64,000 nt of DNA from an uncultured Rivularia sp. Lineage in GTDB: Bacteria > Cyanobacteriota > Cyanobacteriia > Cyanobacteriales > Nostocaceae. Under the pieces are notes generated by a model. That model did no database searches and was not told where the DNA came from. It saw only the letters and a program-made list of their open reading frames with translations. Numbering within the stretch: position 1 is the first letter of the stretch; each line of letters starts with the position of its first letter. The position numbers were made by a program, and so were the translations under genes. The stretch spans positions 8,448,001 through 8,512,000 of the forward strand of contig OY762007.1 in assembly GCA_963665115.1 (NCBI GenBank), given 5' to 3'. Positions 21,450 to 31,359 of this stretch are shown piece after piece.

Positions 21450-21584
21450 ATGATGGAGAAAAATAAAAGACTTAGTATAAGGATAAGCTTTAAAAGATTG
21501 AATAGGCTTAGGGAGTATGCAATAAAACGGGATAAAACTATCACCTCCCTAGTAGAAGACTGGATTGATTCGTTACCCAGCTAG
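21450..21584 (+). CDS. Small ribbon-helix-helix (CopG-like) protein, 44 aa, absent from the ORF track
   Basis: MMEKNKRLSIRISFKRLNRLREYAIKRDKTITSLVEDWIDSLPS; divergent from tnpB inside the element. Confidence 0.75.
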   Translation: MMEKNKRLSIRISFKRLNRLREYAIKRDKTITSLVEDWIDSLPS

Positions 21585-21654
21585 ACCCGGTTCGTGATTC
21601 ATCCCGACACCTACCCGTAATCGGTTAGGTGTGGGACTTCTCGCGATTGATGTT

Positions 21655-21896
21655 AAAAGTAATGTTTGCTTCGTTAATGTTTGAGAGGCGGTAACTATTC
21701 TTTGAACACTAACTTAACCCCGTAAATCTGTTTAATCCAAGAGTTACAGTGCAACAGACTAGCGAAACCGTTGGTGTGAACTTTAACACTTCCTCTAAAC
21801 GTAGTAGGGGAAGACAAATACCCTTTCCTATAACTGGACAGCTTTGAGCCTCCTTGCTGGAAGCTCCCGACTTATAGCCGGGGGGGGGTCGCTGAC
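21655..21896 (-). ncRNA. HEARO / IscB-type omega RNA
   Basis: Ordered hallmarks GTCAGCGACCCC..GGCTATAAGTCGGGAGCTT..GCTGTCCAG..CTACGTT..CACC..GCTAGT..TTAAACAG..AGTG..AACATTAACGAAGCAAACATTAC with visible stems. Confidence 0.8.
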
Positions 21897-22780
21897 TTGC
21901 TTACACACAACATATTAACGGGATACGAACAGGTAATTTGCCCATCTGAGTTGGTTTGACTGATTTCATGTAGATAATCTAGAAACATTTGCTTTTGGGA
22001 AGTCGAAAAGTATTCGGTATCAACTCCAAGGATAAAATCGAGCAATTGTTTTCCTCGTTCTAACTGCGAATCGAAACAATTTGAAATGTCGAGGGAGGCT
22101 GAAATAGCTTGTTTTGAATAAGGAATTTGGCTAATATCCAACGTTTCTTCAATCTGGTGACTGTACAAGGGAACCCTACCCCATAGCTGATTTGAGATAG
22201 AGAAAAATGGAATAGCCATATCTTCCAAAGGCGCATTCATTACTACTAGTTTACTGTCATAATCGAGAAGATTTCTAATTTTTGAAAGTGTTGATTCGAG
22301 ATTAGAACAATAATATAATACATGAATGCATAAGATGGCATCAAAAGATTGATCGAAGAAGCAGGAATTGAAATCTTCGTTAAAAATATCAAAAGAAAAG
22401 TTTTCGTTTTCACGGGCAAGAGTATCAAGTTTTTGTTGAGTTGCCAAAGTCTGTTCTTTGTTAGAATCTATGCCCACAAAATGAATTCTTTGATTTTTGG
22501 CAAGCAATTTTTTTAATAAAGGTACTTCAAAAGATCCGCTTCCACAACCAATACTCAGGATATTGTAACTGCTTCTATTTTCAAATGTTTTTTCAAAATA
22601 GATGAACATTGCATCGAGCATTCTAGCTTGCTGGTTTGTACTGTCGCAATAAACTTCATGGCATTCTAAGTAGTTTTGACCTTTGAGTTCTATCAGATTG
22701 AGATTTTTCACTTCCGGATGGAAGTATGAGATTTTAGGAAATTCAGTTGTCCATCGATCGATTGACTGTGATTTACGCAT
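21872..22780 (-). CDS. Class I SAM-dependent methyltransferase (histamine N-methyltransferase-like); last residues come from the omega RNA element
   Basis: ILSIGCGSG, FDAILCIHVLYY; stop codon lies inside the element-end hairpin. Confidence 0.8.
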   Translation of the reverse strand: MRKSQSIDRWTTEFPKISYFHPEVKNLNLIELKGQNYLECHEVYCDSTNQQARMLDAMFIYFEKTFENRSSYNILSIGCGSGSFEVPLLKKLLAKNQRIHFVGIDSNKEQTLATQQKLDTLARENENFSFDIFNEDFNSCFFDQSFDAILCIHVLYYCSNLESTLSKIRNLLDYDSKLVVMNAPLEDMAIPFFSISNQLWGRVPLYSHQIEETLDISQIPYSKQAISASLDISNCFDSQLERGKQLLDFILGVDTEYFSTSQKQMFLDYLHEISQTNSDGQITCSYPVNMLCVSKSATPPRL

Positions 22781-23014
22781 TTTTAGAAATATTTAATCAC
22801 TCGAATTGTACTATACTCTCTCGACATAAATATCAATGTACTTCGCAATAGTGAAGCAATTGTGAATTATTATTAGTACATCTTTAATATCTACAAAAAT
22901 ATCTATAAATCAAAAAACTCACCTGCGTGGGTTTTGTCTGTGTAGAAGCGGTTTTGAGCGCCGGTATTATTAAACGAGTATTGCAACAATTAAACTATTT
23001 AACAAATTACAAAA

Positions 23015-24824
23015 ATGAAGAATCTAACACATACCGCTGACGTATTAGTAGTTGGTGGTGGCACCGGGGGCACTACTGCGGCGATTCAAGCAGCGCGACG
23101 AGGTGCAAAAACTATCTTAGTAATTCTCTAGACCAAATTGGTTTAACATTGCCAATTTTTGCAAGATATACCTCCGATCCTTTGATTGAGAATCCACCAA
23201 TTCTAAACCTTGCAGATTGTTGGTTTGTCTTTTTCTTAAACTTTGGACTACCAATCCTTTTACCCTTGCGCTTACTTTTGAGGGAATCAAAAAAGTGTTT
23301 ATAAGCAACTCCTAAATCCGCAACAGATTGTTGCAATGGGATATTAGAAACCGTACTCAGCCAAGAAACGCTCGGATGTTTTCTTGGCTTGGGTAATTAC
23401 CAATTTTTGCAAATCGTTGTTATTTGGTAGCTTTTCTGATTTTTTGCAAATAGCCAGCGCATCATTCCAAACTACTACCGAATTAGGAGATTTACTCGCT
23501 TTAGCCGATATACCCTTTCGCTGGGGTTGGGAATTGTAATCTGAATGGCAAGAAAAGAGCGCACCAACTGCACCTAATTCTCTCACGGCAAAATATCCCG
23601 TACAGGCTCCAACTTGGGTGGTAGTAATGCAAGATTACGGCGAAACTTTAGCCCCAGAAATTCCGCAAGCACCAAATTACGATTCATCAGCGTTCGCAGG
23701 CGCTTGGGATAATTACGGTGCAGAAAAATTCTTGAATTATGGATGCTTGGGAAATGGTCTTTTTATGATGAATTGGCCCAATTGTGGCAACGACTACGGT
23801 GAAGATTTGGGTCGAATGATTGAATCAGAACAAGTAAAAAGTGAGTTTCTCTATGAATGTCGCAATCATAGCCAAAATTTCGCTCATTTCATCCAATCTC
23901 AATTCAGTCGTCGCTACGGTTTGGCAGAAAATGTTTTTCCCGCAATCCATAATAATTATGAAGCACTTCATCCTTACTACCGGGAAAGCCGTCGCTTGGT
24001 GGGACTAACTACCGTGAGGGAACAAGATATTTTGCCAGTCACCGACGGTATCGCAGCCAGTTTACATATAGATACTATTGCGATTGGAAATTACCCCAAT
24101 GACCATCATTATCCCGGTGTTAAATTCCAATTGCAACCAAAATCAATACGTTGGGGAGGGCGTTTAACGGGAACTCCTTTCACTATTCCCTATCGTTCCT
24201 TAGTTCCGCTACAAACAAATGGTTTATTAGTCTGCGAAAAAAATATTTCTACATCGCATATAGCAAACGGTGCCACCAGATTGCAGCCCGTGGTGATAAA
24301 TATCGCTCAAGCTGCGGGAATGGCTGCGGCAATCTGCATTGAGTTGAGTTGCCAACCTAGGGACTTAGCTGTAAGAGCATTGCAACAAGCTTTATTAAAC
24401 GATCTACAAGCACCAGCAGCAATAGTTTATGTTGTTCAATTTATCACCAAGGCATCCCGATTGGTTCATAAAGCAAATGTATTATTTAGACAATTTGCAT
24501 GATTACTTGGCTCGTGATAATTGCGCCGACACATCTATGATTAAGTACTCATACGGTAGCGGCAATACAGTACAGCCACGGAATCTTTACTGTTTTAAAG
24601 GTATTTTCCAGCGTATAAGTCAGCAAGATTACAGATTAGAAATTACCGCCCCAATTGTATATAAAGAATGTATTTATCAACTTGTCACTTTAAAGCCAGC
24701 TATTAACTTGACCCTACAATCTTTGTCTGACAAGACATACGTAATTATTGGCGGTCAGATAAATCATGCTGGTAACTGGTTATTAGTAGAACATATCACT
24801 AAGAATAAAGATTCTTTCGGATAG
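23015..24824 (+). pseudogene. FAD-dependent oxidoreductase, disrupted
   Basis: DVLVVGGGTGGTTAAIQAARRG start, then a tnpB fragment replacing part of the gene, in-frame TAA near 23538, YYRESRRL, NGATRLQP, frameshift near 24428. Confidence 0.85.
23121..23478 (-). mobile_element. Internal fragment of a second tnpB, frameshifted
   Basis: VVWNDALAIC..LQKLVITQAKKT..PLQQSVADLGVAYKHFF..PKFKKK..LAKIGNVKPIWSREL; no element ends visible. Confidence 0.85.
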
Positions 24825-24825
24825 A

Positions 24826-24883
24826 GTAAAAAAAAGTACTATTTAGTAAAATTTCCGGATGCAGTATTTAAAACTAAGTATCA
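24826..24883 (+). promoter_or_regulatory. DIF1 heterocyst-specific promoter with upstream NtcA-like box
   Basis: TCCGGA (24854-24859)-N18-GTATCA; GTA-N8-TAC at 24826-24839. Confidence 0.75.
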
Positions 24884-24916
24884 GTGAAGTGGATAGTTCA
24901 AAAATAGACATCTACT

Positions 24917-25129
24917 ATGCGTACAGCCATTTCACTTTTAGTTACAAGTTTCGTATTCGGCTCCCTAGCCGTTAACTTTCAAGGAATTGGAAACTCTTTA
25001 TCAAAAGAAATGTTTTCCACCTCTGGAGAGCAAGAATTACTATTGAGTAGATCCAATCCACGCAAGCCCAAAACACCCCATAGAGGTAGTGGACGCAGAG
25101 AGTTTTTGGAATATTCCAACAACGCTTAA
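24917..25129 (+). CDS. patX: Heterocyst patterning inhibitor PatX
   Basis: Signal-like N-terminus, PKTPHRGSGRR motif, DIF1 promoter; sits between the FAD oxidoreductase and the methyltransferase/glnA genes. Confidence 0.9.
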   Translation: MRTAISLLVTSFVFGSLAVNFQGIGNSLSKEMFSTSGEQELLLSRSNPRKPKTPHRGSGRREFLEYSNNA

Positions 25130-25737
25130 TTCTGCTGCATCGCTACAAAAAGTGCAACGCATAGAACCAGTCAGTCGTGTTATATCAAGTACATCAAAAT
25201 ATAGCTTATAGGGTGTTAATAATCACTATTTACCTTATTTGCTTCGTGCAGATATAATTTTTGCTACACGACATTGTTAGATAGTTTTAGTTATCATTTA
25301 TTTCAGATTGTATAAATAGTCAGTCAAACTATATATATCAATGGTTACTTCATTGACTGTCAAATTCGATAGCATCATAATCGCTTCTCAAAGAGAAATT
25401 TTTCTCACGCACGTCGTCTGCCACTCTAAAGTTTAATCCTCCATTTGTTTTCATATTTAAAGTGTGATTCCTGCTTTGCTAGCGAGTAGGGACATCTAAT
25501 TTAAATATGCTTAAAAGGTGATTCGTTCACCCAAATATTATGCATCCTATGCTTGTTCAAGACTAGAGGCGAAAATTCGTCTCTAGTATTTGCTTTGTTT
25601 TGATAAAAATGTAAAAAAGTATGCTTATAAAAAGCCCCCCTTAAAAAGAAAGGGGGGTTGAGAGGTTATTTTTAAAACGTTATTGTTACCTCAGTTTTGA
25701 ACAGAAAACCGATGGAGACATTAATCATTTAGAAAAC

Positions 25738-26796
25738 TTACACCGATGGTTTACGAGCAATCAAATATTTGCTCATATGGTGAACCTGCATTTCAATGTT
25801 CTCAAAACCAGCAGTTTCTAAACGCTCTACTAAATTATCAGTCACATAATTCATGTAGAAAGGTTCGTGGAATGTTTCGTGGAAGTTTTGCATTGCAGGT
25901 TCGACTTCCGGCGAATCGCTCAATTGAACTGAATCGCAAAGAATAAAAGTTCCACCTGGTTTTGTAACTCGGAAGGCTTCATTAATTATTCGCTGACGTA
26001 TTGCTGCTGGTAATTCGTGGAAAAGAAAAATGCAAGTTGTAGCGTGAAAATACTCATCTAGATAAGGCAACTCTTCCGCATTCGCTTGCAATAATTGCGG
26101 TAATTCTCCTGGAATTTCCGATAGCAACTGATTAGCTTTGCGTAAGTAAGTTGGTGACAAATCCATACCAAACAGCGATGCTTGAGGCAAGGTTGCTCGA
26201 ATCATCTTCAAAGTGCGCCCGGTGCCGCAAGCGATATCTAAAACACGCTGTTGTCGTGGGGATACATCTGCAAATACTTTTAACCCTTCTTTTAATGGAG
26301 CCAAAATTCTACGCCGCATCGCATCTGCAACACCATTAAAGAGAATTTCTACCTGTAAGTCATACAAGTTAGCAGATAATTCGCTCAAATAACCATCGGT
26401 TTGATGATGGAAATTCCGCACATAATATTGGGGATAATCAGTAGTATCTATATTTGGAGAAAAATCTGTATATTTATCGCTTTTAGCTCGCTCCCAGATT
26501 TGGGGTAAATCCATCCATAGTTGTGGATAGTAAACAAAAAAATCTTCCCAAGGATTATCAAACAGCAGACTTTTGGGATAAACCCCCCGCTCTGCATCTT
26601 CCCAGTCAACTTCTAATAAGTTATTTAGACGCTCTCCTAATTTCACTAATAACTCTGTTGGAATCGGCGTTACTTTCTTATCCACCGGAGATAAAGCTTT
26701 CATCAACTGCGTACTGAGAGTCTTGTGAGCTAAACCAAAAATACTTTTACTCTGTTGAAATGTCTGGTAAGTAAATTTTGTTAAAGTGTCTGGCAT
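25738..26796 (-). CDS. Class I SAM-dependent methyltransferase
   Basis: NFHHQTDGYLS, VLDIACGTG, FLFHELP. Confidence 0.9.
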   Translation of the reverse strand: MPDTLTKFTYQTFQQSKSIFGLAHKTLSTQLMKALSPVDKKVTPIPTELLVKLGERLNNLLEVDWEDAERGVYPKSLLFDNPWEDFFVYYPQLWMDLPQIWERAKSDKYTDFSPNIDTTDYPQYYVRNFHHQTDGYLSELSANLYDLQVEILFNGVADAMRRRILAPLKEGLKVFADVSPRQQRVLDIACGTGRTLKMIRATLPQASLFGMDLSPTYLRKANQLLSEIPGELPQLLQANAEELPYLDEYFHATTCIFLFHELPAAIRQRIINEAFRVTKPGGTFILCDSVQLSDSPEVEPAMQNFHETFHEPFYMNYVTDNLVERLETAGFENIEMQVHHMSKYLIARKPSV

Positions 26797-27106
26797 AGGA
26801 ATTCAATATTTCGTCAATTAAGTCACCTATTCTCATTTTATGGAAATATTTTGTAATAAACAATCATAAACCTTGAAACAAAATTCCGTGTAATTCACGA
26901 AGATATATCAAAAGATAGATGCTAAGCACGAGTACTTCCTTCTGATGTATTTTTTAAAATATATATCACTTTTGCAAGAAGTTTACTATTAACCCACGGA
27001 ACAGCCTGAATAGTTACTTTGAATCGCTAACAGCTTTAAAAATCAAACGAGAATCTATACTTCATATAACTTTATATATTTATTTAATAAAAAAGGTGTA
27101 AAAACC

Positions 27107-27137
27107 GTAGTCATTGTTACAGAATTATTTCTATAAT
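27107..27137 (+). promoter_or_regulatory. NtcA-repressed gifA promoter
   Basis: GTAGTCATTGTTAC only 11 nt upstream of TATAAT, a repressing position. Confidence 0.85.
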
Positions 27138-27194
27138 TGAGAAAAGCAAAAATAAGCTTACTACATATTAATTAAATATAAGGAGTCTAAAATT

Positions 27195-27395
27195 ATGACT
27201 ACTCAAGAAAAAGCCCGTGCTTTAATGCAAGGTCATTATCAAACCATTAAAAATCGTCAACAGTCAATGCTCGGACGTGCCGGAGAGGAAATTGGGCTTC
27301 CCGGAGAAACATCTCGTTATTGGAACCCAGTTCAAGGAAAAATCAATCCTAGCGCTTGGGGAAGTTGCGATCGCTCTAATGCGACGATGAGCTAA
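27195..27395 (+). CDS. gifA: Glutamine synthetase inactivating factor IF7
   Basis: MTTQEKARALM..KNRQQSML.RA; convergent with glnA. Confidence 0.9.
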   Translation: MTTQEKARALMQGHYQTIKNRQQSMLGRAGEEIGLPGETSRYWNPVQGKINPSAWGSCDRSNATMS

Positions 27396-27462
27396 TAGGA
27401 GCGAGTAGCGAGTAAGTTATTTTTCTCCTTGTCTCCCTATCTGCCCATCCCCCTAAGAACCG

Positions 27463-27497
27463 AAAAAAAAGCCACCCTCGCGAGGGTGGCTTAATTT
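27463..27497. terminator. Intrinsic terminator between gifA and glnA
   Basis: A8-GCCACCCTCGCGAGGGTGGC-TTAATTT. Confidence 0.85.
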
Positions 27498-27544
27498 ATG
27501 ATTTGAAATTATGTAGAATTGACCGAAATCTACAAAAAACCAAA

Positions 27545-28961
27545 TTAACAGTCGTAATAAAGAGAAAATTCGTAGGGATGAGGACGTAAACGCATGGGGT
27601 TAACTTCACTATCTAACTTGAAAGAAATCCAGTTTTCTATGAAGTCTTTGGTGAATACTCCACCTTCGATTAAGAAATTATGGTCTTTTTCCAGAGCTTC
27701 CAACGCCAAATCCAAAGAAACCAGGCGTAGAAGGAACTTTAGCTAATTCTTCTGGAGAAAGCTCGTAGATGTTCTTATCTAAAGGTTCGCCGGGATCGAT
27801 TTTGTTTTTAATTCCATCTAAACCAGCGCAGAGCATTGCAGCAAAGGCTAGATAGGGGTTGCAAGTTGCATCGGGACAGCGGAACTCTAAACGTTTAGCT
27901 TTGGGGTTATCGCCAGCAAGAGGAATACGCACGGAAGCGGAACGGTTTCCTTGGGAGTAAGCCAAGTTTACTGGTGCTTCGTAACCGGGTACCAAACGCT
28001 TGTAGGAGTTGGTACTGGGGTTTGTGAATGCTAACAATGCTGGTGCGTGCTTGAGAATTCCACCAATGTAGTGGAGTCCCATTTCGCTCATTCCCGCATA
28101 CTTATCGCCAGCGAATAAAGGCTTGCCATCTTTCCAGATCGATTGGTGGGTGTGCATACCGGAGCCGTTATCCTGGAATACAGGCTTGGGCATGAAGGTA
28201 ACGGATTTGCCGTATTTCTTGGCTACGTTCTTGATCACGTATTTGTAAGTCATCAACCAATCAGCAGCTTCGATTAGTTTACCAAAACGGAAACCTAATT
28301 CGCACTGACCCCCAGTAGCCACTTCATGGTGATGTTTTTCAATGGGAACGCCGCATTTTTTCATTTCTAACAGCATTTCCGTCCGCATATCTTGCGAAGT
28401 ATCGGTTGGGGAAACTGGGAAGTAGCCTCCTTTATAATTTGGCTTATAACCAAGGTTAGGGCCTTCTTCTTTACCGGAATTCCAACGACCTTCTACGGAA
28501 TCTACGTAGTAGTAACCTGCATTTTGGGTTTGGTCAAAGCGAACATCATCAAAGATGAAAAATTCAGCTTCTGGCCCAAAAAATGCTGTATCACCAACAC
28601 CAAGTGAATTTAAATAATCAATTGCTTTCTGAGCAATTACCCGAGGACAGCGGTCGTACCATTCACCAGTGCGAGGTTCTTTAATGCTACATACAATACT
28701 TAGAGTGGGTTCTGTCATGAAAGGGTCGATCCAAGCAGTATTTGGATCTAGCACCATTGACATATCTGACTCGTTAATGGCTTTCCAACCCCGAATACTC
28801 GAACCGTCAAATGGTACGCCATCGGTGAAAGAACTTTCATCGATTTGGTCTTGGAACATTGTTAAATGCTGCCAAATTCCTGGCATATCGATGAATTTCA
28901 GATCGATCATCTGAATATTATTGTCTTGAATCATTTTCAAGACTTCTTGTGGGGTTGTCAT
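27545..28961 (-). CDS. glnA: Glutamine synthetase type I (one extra base near 27719)
   Basis: [35 protein letters not shown]-terminus [13 protein letters not shown] continues in the shifted frame to TAA at 27545. Confidence 0.95.
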
Positions 28962-29062
28962 GGTTACTCCTTATCTGCCAATACGCAATGGATTAAAACG
29001 GAAATATTCAAAAAAACTGTTGACCCTTAGAAGCTGAAACCACTTGTTTATACACCTGGAAT

Positions 29063-29104
29063 ATCCTAAATATAGGTAAATCCAAAAAGTGTATCATTTG
29101 TTAC
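29063..29104 (-). promoter_or_regulatory. NtcA-activated glnA promoter
   Basis: GTAACAAATGATAC-N22-TAGGAT on minus strand, the canonical class II spacing. Confidence 0.9.
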
Positions 29105-29325
29105 GTAAAACATATTTTAAAGGTAATGTTAACCTTTTAGTAAATCATCTACACAAAAATAAAAGTTCATCTTATAGGGGTCAACTTTGGCATAGAATCC
29201 TTAAGTAGTATGGATTGCTTTTTGCCAGATTTTTGGCTAAGTTACCACAAAATAGGTTTTGTGATGGACTTTTAGTCAAATTAATATCAAATCAAAATAA
29301 TTAGGAATGATTGGGGGATAATAAA

Positions 29326-29835
29326 ATGCAAGATGCTGTAACAACTTTAATTAAGAATTATGACGTTACCGGACGTTATCTTGATAGAAACGCAGTAGAT
29401 TCGCTCAAATCTTACTTTGAAAGCGGTACGATAAGAATTCAAGCAGCGGCGGCTATCAATTCCAATGCAGCATTTATAGTCAAAGAATCCGCTGTTAAGT
29501 TATTTGAAGACCAGCCAGAACTAATTCGCCCCGGCGGAAACGCTTATACAACTCGTCGTTATGCGGCTTGCTTGCGGGACATGGATTATTATTTGCGTTA
29601 TGCTACTTATGCTTTAGTTGCTGGCAGCATGGACGTGCTAGACGAGCGAGTATTGCAAGGTTTGCGCGAAACTTACAATTCTTTAGGAGTTCCCATTGCT
29701 CCTACAGTTGCTGGTATCCAAATCATGAAGGAAATGGTTAAAGAACAAGTTGCCTCTGCCGGTATTTCCGATACCAGCTTTGTAGACGAACCCTTTGACT
29801 ATATGACAAGAGAGTTGAGTGAAACGGATATCTAA
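29326..29835 (+). CDS. apcF: Allophycocyanin beta-18 subunit
   Basis: MQDAVTTLIKNYDVTGRYLDR, PGGNAYTTRRYAACLRDMDY; divergent from glnA. Confidence 0.95.
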   Translation: MQDAVTTLIKNYDVTGRYLDRNAVDSLKSYFESGTIRIQAAAAINSNAAFIVKESAVKLFEDQPELIRPGGNAYTTRRYAACLRDMDYYLRYATYALVAGSMDVLDERVLQGLRETYNSLGVPIAPTVAGIQIMKEMVKEQVASAGISDTSFVDEPFDYMTRELSETDI

Positions 29836-29836
29836 G

Positions 29837-29978
29837 ATGGTAATGGGTAATGGGTAATGGGTAATGGGTAATGGGTAATGGAGACAAGGGGAGAAGGGGA
29901 AATACATCTGAACCGATGCCCAATGCCCAATGCCCTATGCCCTATGCCCAATTACCAATTATCAATTACCAATTACCA
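29837..29978. repeat. Mixed STRR heptamers (GGGTAAT, ATGCCCA, AATTACC)
   Basis: Direct reading. Confidence 0.85.
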
Positions 29979-30909
29979 ATGAAACAAAGACTCGATGTAC
30001 TGTTAGTAGAACTCGGTTTATCTTCGTCTCGTCAGCAAGCGCAACGCTTAATTCAGGCTGGTGAGGTGATGGTTGATAATGAGTTGGTGGATAAAGCGGG
30101 AACTTCGGTTGATGTAGCGGCGGAAATTAGGGTTAAGCAAAAGTCGCGTTTTGTTTCTCGCGGTGGAGAAAAGTTGGCTAAGGCTTTGGATACTTTCGAT
30201 ATTCCTGTAGAAGGGACGTGTTTGTTTGGATGGTGGAATTTCTACGGGAGGGTTTACCGATTGTTTGTTACAAGCGGGAGCCAAGTTGGTTTACGGTATT
30301 GATGTTGGTTACGGACAGGTTGATTGGCGTTTGCGAAATGATGAACGGGTAGTTTTACGCGAACGGACTAATTTACGTCATTTGACTCCGGAAGATTTGT
30401 ATGGATTTGGGGCACAAGGAGAAAAGGAGACAAGGAGACAAGGAGACAAGGGGAAAAGCAAAAGGGATAATAATCAAAAAAATCAAAAAAATTTACCTCC
30501 CCTATCTGAGACAGGGGAGGTTTATGAAAGGGAATTTCCCGATCTGGCTGTGGTAGATGTGTCGTTTATTTCTTTAAATAAAATTTTGCCTGCGCTGTGG
30601 CAACTTCTGCAATCTCCTCGGGAAGCTTTGTTGCTGGTAAAGCCACAGTTTGAAGTTGGGAAAAATCGAGTCGGGAAGAAGGGTGTTGTGCGTAACCCGA
30701 ATGACCAAGCTGATGCTATTTTTCAAGTTTTGCAAACCGCTACAGAGTTAGGATGGTATTACAAAGATTTAACTTGGTCCCCGATAACTGGCCCAGCTGG
30801 TAATATTGAGTATCTTCTATGGCTGGGATGTCAAGATGAGACTATTCCCCTGGATTTATCAGCCGTTAAGCAAATTACTTCTAATGCTGCTGCTAGTTTG
30901 AAACATTAG
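29979..30909 (+). CDS. tlyA: TlyA family rRNA methyltransferase (frameshift near 30222)
   Basis: KQRLDVLL S4 domain, FVSRGGEKL, DGGISTGGFTDCLLQ, DVSFISL, LVKPQFE, GNIEYL. Confidence 0.9.
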
Positions 30910-30921
30910 ACAAAGCTTTCA

Positions 30922-31197
30922 TTAGATATCGTACACCCGACATTCGAGTGCATTTGGATGACGATCGCAATGACTATCCAATGAGTTTTTATTTTGTCTT
31001 GCTTGCTTTTGATGGGATTTCTCTGCTTGCAATTCTTCCACAATATCCCAAGCTACAGCACAGTCACTAGAACTACTTCCGTTTACTTCACAAGTAGAAC
31101 GAGCTTCTGCAACAGCTTCAAGAATAGCTGTTTCAAGATTAACTACGTCTTTTTTTGAGTCAACAGCAGCTTGTACCACTTTTGAACTTTCAGGCAT
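30922..31197 (-). CDS. CP12 family protein
   Basis: CAVAWDIVEELQA and C-terminal CDRHPNALECRVYD. Confidence 0.92.
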   Translation of the reverse strand: MPESSKVVQAAVDSKKDVVNLETAILEAVAEARSTCEVNGSSSSDCAVAWDIVEELQAEKSHQKQARQNKNSLDSHCDRHPNALECRVYDI

Positions 31198-31359
31198 TAA
31201 TATTTCCCCTCTACATCCTTAAATGAATATTAACTATATAATTTTATAGCTATACATTCGTTTGCTTTTCAAGTGTAGATATTCTTCCAAGAATCGTGCA
31301 GTAGTAAAAACCGAAATTCAGTTGGGGTGGTTTTGCGATAATTATATGCAATATCAAAA

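Larger units (their letters stand above)
20160..21651 (-). mobile_element. Non-autonomous IS200/IS605-family element (tnpB plus RHH gene, no tnpA)
   Basis: Right end CCTACACTC...GAGTGTAGG hairpin ending GTCAC at 20160; left-end hairpin about 21600-21640, preceded by TTAAC on minus strand. Confidence 0.85.

Noticed and set aside
27678..27730. Programmed frameshift or a new GS C-terminus ([14 protein letters not shown])
   Set aside because: No slippery-site context, and similar indels occur in unrelated genes; sequencing error is simpler.
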